Notes under the pieces: generated by a model
What the model was told of the DNA's origin: nothing
Seen by the model: the letters and a program-made list of their open reading frames with translations, nothing else
Database searches by the model: none
Source of the DNA: the human T2T-CHM13v2.0 reference genome, Homo sapiens
NCBI RefSeq assembly: GCF_009914755.1
Contig: NC_060945.1
DNA: 64,000 bases
Direction: 5' to 3' (one strand)
Program-made: the position numbers and the translations under genes
Shown here: piece by piece, positions 1 to 24,468 of the stretch
How positions within the stretch are numbered: position 1 is the stretch's first letter
Layout of the letters: every line of letters starts with the position of its first letter

Positions 1-275
1 ACAAAAAGCCCTTGAAATGTCTAAAATAGATTAAATAAAATATAGACCAGCACCTCAACAGGGAATAAGAAACAGCTAGCATTTCACAGACTTACACAAA
101 GCCAATGAACACATGAACATGTACTCATTAGCATGAATAATCAAATAAGTAGAAATTTAAAATGAGGTTTTCTTTTTCACCTCTCAGATTGGTAGGTAAA
201 GAGACTGGTATTATGGTTTGGTGAGGCTGTAGGGAAATAAACAGAGTAGGAATGGAATTAAGCACAACCATTTTG

Positions 276-508
276 TTTTTTAAATTCATTTTATTATTTT
301 TATATATTTTGAGACAAGATCTCACTCTGTCTCCCAGGCTGGAGTGCAGTGGCGTGATCTCGGCTCACTGCAACCTCCGCCTCCTGGGTTCAAGTGACTC
401 TTGTGCCTCAGCCTCCCGAGTAGCTGAGATTACAGCGGTGCGCCACCAAGCCCCGCTAATTTTTGTATTTTTTAGTAGAGATGCGGTTTTGTCATGTTGG
501 CCAGGCTG
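276..508 (-). mobile_element. 5'-truncated Alu with 17-bp TSD TAAGCACAACCATTTTG, in an old L1 fragment
   Basis: TSD at 259-275 and 509-525. Confidence 0.88.
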
Positions 509-801
509 TAAGCACAACCATTTTGAAACACAATTTGGCAACAACTTGTGAGCTGGCATATATACTTTGAGCAATTTGTATCTCAGAAGCATTCCACAAG
601 TCCATAAGAATATATACATGTCCATAGAAAATACACATCTGTTCTAATAGCAAATAATTGAAAACATCTACAAGTCCATCCATAGGTGTGATATGTTGAA
701 TTGTGTCCCCTAAAAAGATAAGTTTAAGTCCTAATCCATGGCATACTTGCGAATGTGACCTTACTTGGAAATACAGTCTGTGCAGATGTGATTAGTTAAG
801 A

Positions 802-982
802 CAATGGTCCCCAACCTTTTTTGCACCAGGGACTGATATGAGAATCTAATGCTGCCACTGATTTGACAGGAGGCGGAGTTCAGGTGGTAATACTTGTCAC
901 CACTCACCTCCTGCCATGTGGCCCGGTTCCTAGCAGTCCACAGACTGGTACTGGTCTGCAGCCCAGGGATTGGGGACCCTTG
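802..982 (-). mobile_element. MER1-type hAT DNA transposon, internally deleted
   Basis: TIRs CAATGGTCCCCAA / TTGGGGACCCTTG with perfect 8-bp TSD AGTTAAGA (794-801, 983-990). Confidence 0.88.
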
Positions 983-1001
983 AGTTAAGATGAGGGCATA
1001 T

Positions 1002-1957
1002 TGATATGGCTCCGATGAGTGGAGGAACACAAGGGTTCTTGGTCCTCATGCCGGTTTAGATAAAACAACATGGACACAAGTGGAGTGGTTTTTTTTTTTG
1101 TTGTTTTTTTTTGTTTTGTTTTTTTTTGAGACGGAGTCTCGCTGTCGCCCAGGCTGGAGTGCAGTGGCGCAATCTCGGCTCACTGCAGGCTCCGCCCCCT
1201 GGGGTTCACGCCATTCTCCTGCCTCAGCCTCCCGAGTAGCTGGGACTACAGGCGCCCGCCACCTCGCCCGGCTAATTTTTTGTATTTTTAGTAGAGACGG
1301 GGTTTCACCGTGTTAGCCAGGATGGTCTCGATCTCCTGACCTCGTGATCCGCCCGCCTCGGCCTCCCAAAGTGCTGGGATTACAGGCGTGAGCCACCGCG
1401 CCCGGCCGTGGAGTGGTTTTAATAGGCAAGTTTAATAGGCAAGAAGGGAGAAGGCAGAAGGAAGAAGCTCCCTCGTACAGAGACAAGAGGCAGAGAGGCT
1501 CCAAAGCCGAAAGAGTAGACACCAAGTGGAGTGAAAACCAGCTAAGTTTATATAGAGGCTGGAGGAGGCGGTGTCTGATTTGCACAGGGCTCAGGGGATT
1601 GGTTTGACCAGGCATGTCATTCACGCAGCCCGGGAAAAAGCTGGTCCACCCACCCTAGCCTTTTAATATGCAAATGCAGAGCACCATGATGTTCTACACA
1701 CGTGGGGATACGTGGGGGCGGCCATGTTTGCCAGGCACTTGTGGGGCAAGGGCAAGAAGAAGAGGGTGGGAATTGTCATGTTTGGGTAGACCCAGTTTCT
1801 AATGGCCAGCATGTGCATATCAAAGGTTGCTGGCCTGGCTCTAAGAGCCTGGGCTTGACAAGAAACCTTTCTGGAACAGCTTTAAAAATGAAAACTTCCC
1901 AAGGACCCCTTTTCCTCTCTATCTGCCTAAAATAATTTCTTAATAACTCCTACCACA
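1002..1957 (-). mobile_element. ERV1-class solo LTR (subfamily uncertain)
   Basis: TG...CA termini; minus-strand start TGTGGTAGGAGTTATTAAGAAATTATTTTAGGCAGATAGAG; near 4-bp TSD ATAT/ATAC. Confidence 0.75.
1093..1407 (-). mobile_element. Young AluY (Ye5-like diagnostics) inside the ERV1 LTR
   Basis: CpG-rich; perfect TSD GTGGAGTGGTTTT at 1080-1092 and 1408-1420. Confidence 0.9.
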
Positions 1958-1980
1958 ATACGGGATTAGAGTTGACCCTA

Positions 1981-6032
<4,052 letters not shown>

Positions 6033-6789
6033 TGTATATCTTTTTTAAAAGGAAAAGAACATATCCCAGAAGTTTCCAACTGAGTTTCCCTCTGGGTCAA
6101 TACCAGAATTGGGTGGGGGTCTTCAGCTCACCCCTAAACTCATCATTGATAAGCAGAATGAATGACCATGGCTGGTTTAGACAACTGAAATTTCCGCTGG
6201 CCACATAAGGAAGGATAGACACTAGAACAAAATCAGGTCTATCAGAGTGGAAGAAAGGGAAGAGGGCTGGTGGGGAGGCAATGAATAGTGCCAGCGAACT
6301 GGAAAATCATCCTGACATTTCGGTTCTGCTCTTTGACTACGGTAACTGTGTGTAAGTTAAAAGGGGAGGTCCATCCATCATTACCTTTCTTATCTCAGAT
6401 AGCTAAGAGACATCATGAACTTAACTGTGTCCAAAATGAAACTACTGGTCTTCTTCCTCACATCTGCTCCACTGGCAGCCTCCTTGGCCATATTAATTAA
6501 CAACAACTCCTTCTATTGAACCAACACCTTGGAGTTATCCTGGACTCTTGTCCTCTTGCATTCAACGTCTTAACCATTGGCAAATCCTACTGGCATGACC
6601 TTTGAAATACTGTACCCAACTTGGGGCCCAGGGAACTGTGGCAGGGATTTGGGGGAAGGCTATAACTCTCTACCTCAGCATGAAACCCAGCCCTGCTCCA
6701 GTACCAGAGAAATAGGGGGTATCTGGAGGTAGCACCCTTGGCATGGAATTGGGTGTCCTCATGATGGCAGTGGCAGTGGTAAAACTTCA

Positions 6790-7644
<855 letters not shown>

Positions 7645-7645
<1 letters not shown>

Positions 7646-7855
7646 AAATACCTGAGACTGGGAAATTTATAAAGAAAAGAAGTTTAATTGGCTCCCGGTT
7701 CTGCAGGCTGTACAAGCATGGCACCAACATCACTCAGCTTCATGGGGGGGGCCTCAGGGAGCTTTTATTCATGGCAGAAGGCAATGTGGGAGCAGGCATT
7801 TCACATGGTGAAAGCAGGAGCAAGAGAGAGAGTGGGGGAGGAACTGTAACACACT
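7645..7855 (-). mobile_element. MST-type MaLR LTR fragment
   Basis: GAAATACCTGAGACTGGGAAATTTATAAAGAAAAGAAGTTTAATTGGCTC is the reverse complement of the MST 3' part. Confidence 0.8.
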
Positions 7856-7879
7856 TCTTTTTTGGGCTATGCAAATTCT

Positions 7880-12820
<4,941 letters not shown>

Positions 12821-12896
12821 AAAAAAACAAACCAAACCTCCCAGGTTGTGGAGCAGCAATTTTTTTTAAAAGAACAATAACAATAAACCAATGCCT

Positions 12897-13199
12897 CTTT
12901 TTTTTTTTTTTTTTTTTTAGGCAGGGTCTCACTCTGTTGCCCAGGCTGGAGTGCAGAGGTGCGATCTCTGCTCACTGCAACCTCTGCCACCTGAGTTCAA
13001 GCAATTCTGCCACCTCAGTCTCCTGGGTAGCTGAGACTATAGGTGTGTGCCACCATGCCCAGCTAGTTTTTGTATTTTTTGTAGAGTCGGGGTTTTACCA
13101 TGTTGCCCAGGCTGGTCTCAAACTCCTGGGCTGAAGTGATCTGCCCGTCTCCGCCTCCAAAAGTGCTGGGATTATAGGGTTGAACCACCATGCCCAGCC
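12897..13199 (-). mobile_element. AluJ/S element
   Basis: poly-T followed by antisense Alu consensus. Confidence 0.9.
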
Positions 13200-13435
13200 C
13201 CTTTCCTTAAAAACAGAAAGAAGTTGTGAAGCAGAATCATCCTGTCATGATAAAGGTATGACTAAATAATACGTGAAAAACATGCAACTCAATTAACTCT
13301 TCACAAGTGTAATGATCTCAAACAAAATATACTATCCTTCATCTCAACTTAAATACCAATCTTCATGCAATAAGTAAAATCTGCACTGATGAGACTTTTA
13401 AAACAGCAGCCCCACCACATATGAGGCCTATAAAC

Positions 13436-13662
13436 CAAGCTTGTCCAACCCGCAGCCTATGGTGCCTGTGGCCCAGGAAGGCTTTGGGTGCAGCCCAATG
13501 CAAATTCATAAACTTTCTTAAAATGTGAGATTGCCTTTGCGATTTTTTTTTTTTTTTTTTTTTTTTTTTAGCTCACCAGCTATCATTAGTGTTAACGTAT
13601 TTTATGTGTGGCCCAAGACAATTCTTCAAATATAGCCAATTTGAAGCCAATATGGCCCAGGT
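13436..13662 (-). mobile_element. MER30 hAT-Charlie DNA transposon
   Basis: CAAGCTTGTCCAACCC...AGCTATCATTAGTGTT...TGTGGCCCAAGACAATTCTTC matches the MER30 reverse complement. Confidence 0.8.
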
Positions 13663-13822
13663 GATGGGGACCCCTGGGGTTTAAACCGCACAAACTTTAG
13701 GCATTATCATTTCAAGTTTAAGTCTCACCCAACTCCTACCCACCTAGTAGGGTAGAGGTTCATTAAGAAAATTATGTGCCTTAAAGGGAATAGATAATTA
13801 CATTTTTAAAAAACAACTTTGA

Positions 13823-15462
13823 GGCTGGGGGCGGTAGCTCATGCCTATAATCCTAGCACTTGGGGAGGCTGAGGCAGGTGGATTGCTTGAGCCCAGGAGT
13901 TCTAAATGAGCTTGGGCAACATAGGGAGACCCCATCTCTACCAAAAAATAAAAAAAAAATTAGCCGGGTGTGTGGGTGCTCACCTGTAGTCCCAGTGAGA
14001 GGTGACAGCATGCTGGCAGTCCTCAGAGGCCTCACTCGCTCTCGGCACCTCCTCTGCCTGGGCTCCCACTTTGGCAGCACTTGAGGAGCCCTTCAGCCCA
14101 CCGCTGCACTGTGGGAGCCCCTTTCTGGGCTGGCCAAGGCCGGAGCTGGCTCCCTCAGCTTGCAAGGAGGTGTGGAGGGAGAGGCATGAGCGGGAACAGG
14201 GGCTGTGCGGGCACTTCCGGGCCAGCTGGAGCTCCAGGTGTGCGTGGGCTTGGCGGGCCCCGCACTCGGAGCAGCCGGCAGGCCCTGCCGGCCCCATGCA
14301 ATGAGGGGCTTAGCACCAGGGCCAGCGGCTGTGGAGGCCCTGTACTCAGAGCAGTGCCGCCCACCGGCACTGGGCTCGATTTCTCACCGGCCTTAGCTGC
14401 CTCCCTGCGGGGCATGGCTCGGGACCTGCAGCCCGCCATGCCTGAGCCTCCCCCTCTCTGTGGGCTGCTGTGCTGCCGGAGCCTCCCCGACAAGCACCGC
14501 CCCCTGCTCTACGGCGCCCAGTCCCATCGACGACCCAAGGGCTGAGGAGTGCGGGTGCACGGCATGGGAGTGGCAGGCAGCTCCACCTGCAGCCCAGGTG
14601 CGGGATCCACTGGGTGACGCCAGCTGGGCTCCTGAGTTTAGTGGGGACCTGCAGAACCTTTATGTCTAGCTAAGGGATTGTAAATGCACCAATCGGCACC
14701 CTGTGTCTAGCTCAGGGTTTGTGAATGCACGAATCGACACTCTGTATCTAGCTACTCTGGTGGGGAGGTGGAGAACCTTTGTGTCTAGCTCAGGGATTGT
14801 AAACACACCAATCAGCGCCCTGTCAAAACAGACCACTCGGCTCTACCAATCAGCAGGATGTGGGTGGGGCCAGATAAAAGAATAAAAGCAGGCTGCCTGA
14901 GCCAGCAGTGGCAAGCTGCTTGGGTCCCCTTCCATACTGTGGAAGCTTTGTCTTTCTTTGCAATAAATCTTGCTGCTGCTCACTCTTTGGGTCCACACTG
15001 CCTTTATGAGCTGTAACACTCACCACGAAGGTCTGCAGCTTCACTGCTGAAGCCAATGAGACCACGAACCCCCCGGGAGGAATGAACAACTTGAGACGCG
15101 CTGCCTTAAGAGCTGTAACACTCACCGCGAAGGTCTGCAGCTTCACTCCTGAGCCAGCGAGACCACAAACCCACCAGAAGGAAGAAACTCCGAACACATC
15201 TGAACATCAGAAGGAACAAACTCCGGACACGCCACCTTTAAGAACTGTAACACTCACCGCGAGGGTCCACGGCTTCATTCTTGAAGTCAGTGAGACCAAG
15301 AACCCACCAATTCCGGACACACCAGCTACTAGGGAGGCTGAGGTGAGGGGATCACCTGAATCCAGGAAGTCGAGGGTGCAGTGAGCCGAGATCATGCCGT
15401 TACACTCCAGCCTGAGTGACAGAGTGAGATCTTGTGTCAAAAAAACAGAACAAAATAAAACA
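13823..15462 (+). mobile_element. AluJ-type element split by the LTR12C (13823-13995 and 15326-15462)
   Basis: Alu consensus ...TGTAGTCCCAG|CTACT... resumes exactly after the LTR. Confidence 0.9.
13996..15321 (+). mobile_element. LTR12C (ERV9) solo LTR, full length, inserted into an Alu
   Basis: starts TGAGAGGTGACAGC, ends CCAATTCCGGACACA; 4-bp TSD CCAG (13992-13995 / 15322-15325); U3 repeats with CCAAT at 14689, 14808, 14846; AATAAA at 14881 and 14962; three U5 repeats CTGTAACACTCACC. Confidence 0.93.
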
Positions 15463-16234
15463 AGAACGTTGAATAGGCTGTGTGTTAATTCTGAGATGGA
15501 GTCCAGACTTAAGAATGATCCTGAGGCTTAGACCCATATCCAAGAGGATGATTCCAGCCTGGCACTTATAGGTTCTTCAGGCACTTCAGATGCACCCTGT
15601 CCTGAATTAAGCCCTTTGTCCTTGAACCTGCTTTCCTTGGTAAACAGCACCAAGGGGGCTAGAAACCTGGGGGCTGCCCTTACCTTCCCTCTCTCACCAT
15701 GCACCTCTAATGGGTGGCTGGACTTGTGGTTGCATTTCCGTGATCTCCCAGCTTTCTTCCAGTGATGGCCTTAGGTGGGCTCTTATCCTGTCTCCCAAAT
15801 GGCCTCTCTGCCTTGAGTCTCACCCCATCTGCTCTCAGTCCACCCACTGAGCTATTCCAGAGACCATTCTGACTCCCTGTGGACACCCCTCTGGTGGCTT
15901 CTCCTCTCTGTCAGTTAGAAATTGCTTTTGACTGCATGTAACAAATGTGGTTACGCTATTTAACCAAATAAAGGTTTATTTTTCTCGTGATGAAAAGTAC
16001 ACAGATAAGCAGCCTACTTCCATCGATAACCATTGAGGGTTTCTTATGACTCTTACAGCAATGAAATGTGTATTTACAGTATAAAGATATACAATTTTAA
16101 GGTTTTAATATAATTGGGCCTAAGCACAGTATTTTTTGTTTTAGTTTTCAACTGCCCAGGTGATTCTATTGTGCAGCCAGGGTTGATAAACACTGCATCT
16201 AGGCCCAGTGCCTTTGATTTGCAGCTGAGGTCTA

Positions 16235-18857
<2,623 letters not shown>

Positions 18858-19469
18858 CCCCCTCGCCCCGGACAAAAGTAGTTTGCACTATTTTCTCATT
18901 TCACAATATGTTTTTGAAATATTTCCCTTGAAAGGTAAGTCATATTTATCATTCCTGTTGTATGGAGGCATCATAAATTATTTCACCATTCTACCCTCCT
19001 TGAGTGTTGTGGCCTTTAGGCCAGACAAAAACGCAGGTGATGCCTAGAAGCCAACTAGTTGCCGTTTGGTTATCTGTAGGGTTGTGGCCTTGCCAAACAG
19101 GAAAAATATAAAAAGAATACCGAATTCTGCCAACCAAATAAGAAACTCTATACTAAGGACTAAGAAAATTGCAGGGGAAGAAAAGGTAAGTCCCGGGATT
19201 GAGGTGTAGCGACTTTCTATACCCTCAGAAAACTAAAAAACAAGACAAAAAAATGAAAACTACAAAAGCATCCATCTTGGGGCGTCCCAATTGCTGAGTA
19301 ACAAATGAGACGCTGTGGCCAAACTCAGTCATAACTAATGACATTTCTAGACAAAGTGACTTCAGATTTTCAAAGCGTACCCTGTTTACATCATTTTGCC
19401 AATTTCGCGTACTGCAACCGGCGGGCCACGCCCCCGTGAAAAGAAGGTTGTTTTCTCCACATTTCGGGG

Positions 19470-19680
19470 TTCTGGACGTTTCCCGGCTGCGGGGCGGGGG
19501 GAGTCTCCGGCGCACGCGGCCCCTTGGCCCCGCCCCCAGTCATTCCCGGCCACTCGCGACCCGAGGCTGCCGCAGGGGGCGGGCTGAGCGCGTGCGAGGC
19601 GATTGGTTTGGGGCCAGAGTGGGCGAGGCGCGGAGGTCTGGCCTATAAAGTAGTCGCGGAGACGGGGTGCTGGTTTGCGT
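19470..19680 (+). promoter_or_regulatory. SOD1: SOD1 core promoter: HSE-like TTCtgGACgtTTC (19470-19482), GC boxes (~19491, ~19576), inverted CCAAT (ATTGG 19602-19606), TATAAA (19644-19649), TSS ~19673-19677
   Basis: motifs read directly; TATA lies ~30 nt upstream of the GTTTGCGTCG 5' UTR start. Confidence 0.88.
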
Positions 19681-19753
19681 CGTAGTCTCCTGCAGCGTCT
19701 GGGGTTTCCGTTGCAGTCCTCGGAACCAGGACCTCGGCGTGGCCTAGCGAGTT

Positions 19754-19825
19754 ATGGCGACGAAGGCCGTGTGCGTGCTGAAGGGCGACGGCCCAGTGCA
19801 GGGCATCATCAATTTCGAGCAGAAG
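19754..19825 (+). CDS. SOD1: Cu/Zn superoxide dismutase, coding exon 1 ([24 protein letters not shown])
   Basis: ATG at 19754; translation is the SOD1 N-terminus; exon ends AAG|gcaagg (GC donor); 72 nt. Confidence 0.99.
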
Positions 19826-19999
19826 GCAAGGGCTGGGACGGAGGCTTGTTTGCGAGGCCGCTCCCACCCGCTCGTCCCCCCGCGCACCTTTGCTAGGAGC
19901 GGGTCGCCCGCCAGGCCTCGGGGCCGCCCTGGTCCAGCGCCCGGTCCCGGCCCGTGCCGCCCGGTCGGTGCCTTCGCCCCCAGCGGTGCGGTGCCCAAG

Positions 20000-20010
20000 T
20001 GCTGAGTCAC
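20000..20010 (-). promoter_or_regulatory. Consensus NRF2/sMAF antioxidant response element GTGACTCAGCA with embedded AP-1 site
   Basis: + strand TGCTGAGTCAC is an exact match to RTGACTCAGCA; function not shown by sequence alone. Confidence 0.55.
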
Positions 20011-21277
20011 CGGGCGGGCCCGGGCGCGGGGCGTGGGACCGAGGCCGCCGCGGGGCTGGGCCTGCGCGTGGCGGGAGCGCGGGGAGGGATTGCCGCGGGC
20101 CGGGGAGGGGCGGGGGCGGGCGTGCTGCCCTCTGTGGTCCTTGGGCCGCCGCCGCGGGTCTGTCGTGGTGCCTGGAGCGGCTGTGCTCGTCCCTTGCTTG
20201 GCCGTGTTCTCGTTCCTGAGGGTCCCGCGGACACCGAGTGGCGCAGTGCCAGGCCCAGCCCGGGGATGGCGACTGCGCCTGGGCCCGCCTGGTGTCTTCG
20301 CATCCCTCTCCGCTTTCCGGCTTCAGCGCTCTAGGTCAGGGAGTCTTCGCTTTTGTACAGCTCTAAGGCTAGGAATGGTTTTTATATTTTTAAAAGGCTT
20401 TGGAAAACAAAAATACGCAACAGAGACCGTTTGTGTGACACTTTGCAGGGAAGTTTGCTGGCCTCTGTTCTAGGTCATGATTGGGCTGCAAGGGCAGAGA
20501 AGGTAGCCTTGAACAGAGGTCCTTTTCCTCCTCCTAAGCTCCGGGAGCCAGAGGTTTAACTGACCCTTTTGGGGATTTTTGAGGGCAGTGATCTTAACTT
20601 TGGGTGCACAGTTAGCTTATTTGAAGATCTTACTAAAAATACACCAGAGCCCAACCTCCGACCAATTACATCAAAACCTGTCCTAGTGCAGGGTGAGTAT
20701 TGCTGTTTTTTGAAAGTTTCCAAAAGTGATTTTGATGTGCACCTACGATTGAGAACTGTCGTTTGAGGACAGTGGGTGGAGTTTCGTATTTGGAAATTAG
20801 AAGACCTGGAGTTTCCATTACACCGAATTGGCACTTAATAACTGTTGTCGGAGCATTTCTTAAGCCACATTTTCGTAAAGTGGCTTTAAAATTGCTCTGC
20901 CAGTAGGCAGGTTGCTAAGATGGTCAGAGACAAACTTCTGAACGACTCTTGTAAAATATACAGAAATATTTTCAGAACTTTTATCAGTAAAATTACAAAA
21001 CGTGTTGCAAGGAAGGTGCTTGTGATAACACTGTCCCCAGAACCTTAGTGAAGTTACCAACTGGTGGAAAATTTTCTCTTGCACTCGGCTTAAAAATCAT
21101 GAGGGAATATTTACTATACGAATGAGATTCAGTCTTTAAAGGGGTTTACAGAAACGTGAGAGGACAGGAACAGTTAGTCTGTGTAAATGTCTGAAATATA
21201 TGTGAGGGAGATAATGAGTTTAGCCTTTTTCTTTAATAGGTCTCCAGATTTTCTGGAAAAGGTTCTTTGGCATTTGA

Positions 21278-21626
<349 letters not shown>

Positions 21627-23719
21627 TGAGCCACCCCGCCCGGCCACCAGTGCTATTCTTAAGACGCCTCTGAGGAATCCCTTCTCCCTGGCCATTGAGA
21701 ATCCATGCATGAACCCAGGTTTTCCACCTTCCCTGAGCAGCTTGCATAGTTCCTTCTTTTAAGCGCCTGACTTCGTTTTGTTTGGTGCCCGTTGTACCTG
21801 AGAATGAGCCTTGGATAGTGGAGCATTCCAGCTTTCCAGATATGCAGAGATAATACATTGGCTATCAGCTACTTGGCTTGGCCTATTCCGTGTTTAAAAT
21901 CTTGGACTCTTTGCTAGTTTTTACAGATCAGAATTTTTCACGTATTAATCCAGTTTTCCTAGCTTCTCTTGAAGAATTTTTGGAGATCTCTTCATACTGA
22001 GCCTTCATTAGCCCAGGACAGTACTGCTGTAGCAGTTCATATATTTTTTCGCTTCCCAGGCCTGTGTTATTCACTTAAGTTCATAGCCTGGTCCCTGCAG
22101 GGTTGTACCCGAGCACAGCTACTTAGATGTCCTGAATGTATTACCGGTTAAATGGAGGTTTCAAAGAACCTGCTGTTTTTGGCCCTGTGCTCTTGATAAC
22201 AGAGTGTTTGAGGGACAACTTTCACATTTGAGTTTTTCCAAAATTAAAGGTTGTAGAAGAGTCACAGTATCTATTGTCAAAAAGAAAAGAATTTAAAAAG
22301 GCAGCAATTGCCAGGATACTTCATTTGAGCAATGATATTTTCCAGTGGAAAGTCACATCTTAAGGGTTAATGCCCCTTAACTGTTGGCCGTATTTGAAAA
22401 CAAACCAAGCTAAAAACAAGAGACACTGACATGTTGTATGACGGTGTGGTGTGGATGTTGTGTTTATTTTAGTCCTGAGATCTAGTTGTAACTTCCTTGA
22501 TTTCTGTATGTAGCCACGGAGCACCATTACCTGTCACCATTACCTGAATGGCTATACTGCTTGCTTTCATTTTGGTAGAGTGGAAAGGTTACCTAGGTTT
22601 CAGTGCTTGAAAAGATTTCAGAAAGCAGTAGTACGTCTGGTTAGACTAGAATCAGTCCTCTCCTGGGGGCAGTGGAATATAATATTTTCTGACTGCTAAT
22701 TAAAAATACCTGTGATAGCCGGGCGTGGTGGCTTACGCCTGTAATCCCAGCACTTTGGGAGGCCGAGACGGGTGGATCACGAGGTCAGCAGATGGAGACC
22801 ATCCTGGCTAACACGGTGAAACCCCGTCTCTACTAAAAATGCAAAAAAATTAGCCGGGTGTGGTGGTGGGCGCCTGTAGTCCCAGCTACTCAGGAGGCTG
22901 AGGCAGGAGAATGGCATGAACCTGGGAGGCGGAGCTTGCAGTGAGCCGAGATCATGTCACTGCACTCCAGCCTGGGCGACAGAGCGAGACTCGTCTCAAA
23001 AAAAAAAAGAAAAAAACTTATGATGGACACTTAAAAACACTCACTGAGTGGGGAGTGGAGAGCAGGGGTCCCAGGGTAGCCTGTTGGACATTTCCAGGGC
23101 GACTTTTTCTTTTTTTTTTTTTAAAGTCAAGTGAGTATGCCATATGGAAAAGGGTGTGCGTGGAGAAAAAGCAAGGGGCTCCAGAGTGTAGGATGAGACA
23201 TACACCTTTTGGGTTAAAAAGGCTGAGGCAGGAGAATGGCGTGAACCCGGGAGGCGGAGCTTGCAGTGAGCTGAGATCATGCCACTGCACTCCAGCCTGG
23301 GCGACAGAGCGAGACTCTTGTCTCAAAATAAAAAACGTTTACATGTACATGTATATTCAACATGTACAAATATAACCTATTCAAAAGTATTTACTACATA
23401 AATAGGTACTTACATTACCTATTTACTGTAATAGTCAAAGCCTATGAAGTATCTAACACTGATGTGTAGGTACTCACTTTGCTTGCCACTCTATTAGGTG
23501 CTTTTTATGTTATTTAATCATGAAGCCTGGCCACAGGGTGCTTGTGCATTGAGTGTGGGAACAAGATTACCATCTCCCTTTTGAGGACACAGGCCTAGAG
23601 CAGTTAAGCAGCTTGCTGGAGGTTCACTGGCTAGAAAGTGGTCAGCCTGGGATTTGGACACAGATTTTTCCACTCCCAAGTCTGGCTGCTTTTTACTTCA
23701 CTGTGAGGGGTAAAGGTAA

Positions 23720-23911
<192 letters not shown>

Positions 23912-24290
23912 TAGTTAGATAAACAGTAGAGTAGCCCCTAAACGTTAAAACCCCTCAACTTGTTTTTGTTTTTGAGAAAGGGTCTTGCTCTGTCGCTCAG
24001 GCTGGAGTGCAGTGGCGCTGTGCGATCATGGCTGACCTTAGCCTTGACCTCCCAGGCTCCATTGATCCTCATGCCTTGGCCCGTAGCTGGGACTACAGGT
24101 ACACACCACCACGCCTGGCTAATTTTTGTATTTTTTTCTAGAGGTGGGGTTTCATCATGTTGCCCAGGCTGGTCTTGAACTGCTGGGCTCAAGTGGTCTA
24201 TCCTCCTCGACCTCCCAAAGTGCTGGGATTACATGTGTGAGCCACTGTGCCTGGGAAAACCCTCAACTTTTCTTTTAAAAAAGAGGTCAA

Positions 24291-24468
24291 CTTTATTGTA
24301 TATAAGCACTGTGCTAAAATTGCAGGAACTGGGACCATATCCTGATTTTTGTAATAATGCCAGCAGAGTACACACAAGAAAAGTAACTGCACTAGATTGT
24401 GAAGACTGGGGTGGACCTGCTTCTGAAGGTCCAGTGCCCTTTGTCTTAAGATTTGGTGTAGTGTGTCT
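24291..24468 (+). pseudogene. SNORA81: SNORA81-like H/ACA snoRNA retrocopy in SOD1 intron 2
   Basis: resembles SNORA81 as I recall it (GCACTGTGCTAAAATTGCAG...CAGAGTACACACAAG...GACTGGGGTGGACCT...GTCTTAAGATTTGGTG); two hairpins; H box AGAGTA 24365-24370; 3' box degenerate; A-rich tail follows. Confidence 0.8.

Larger units (their letters stand above)
19380..20340. promoter_or_regulatory. SOD1: CpG island spanning the SOD1 promoter, exon 1 and 5' intron 1 (probably bidirectional)
   Basis: very high GC and CpG density against AT-rich flanks. Confidence 0.93.

Noticed and set aside
14660-15270. Regularly spaced direct repeats resembling a CRISPR-like array
   Set aside because: They are the intrinsic U3 and U5 tandem repeats of LTR12; the context is eukaryotic
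13853-15440. Overlapping ORFs up to 154 aa
   Set aside because: They come from GC-rich LTR12C sequence and are not gag/pol/env; the element is a solo LTR
19890-20473. Several 100-146 aa ORFs in SOD1 intron 1
   Set aside because: Expected from stop-codon scarcity in a CpG island
22522-22546. Tandem duplication of CACCATTACCTG in SOD1 intron 1 (similar short tandem at 27723-27746)
   Set aside because: Simple slippage duplications with no supporting functional context
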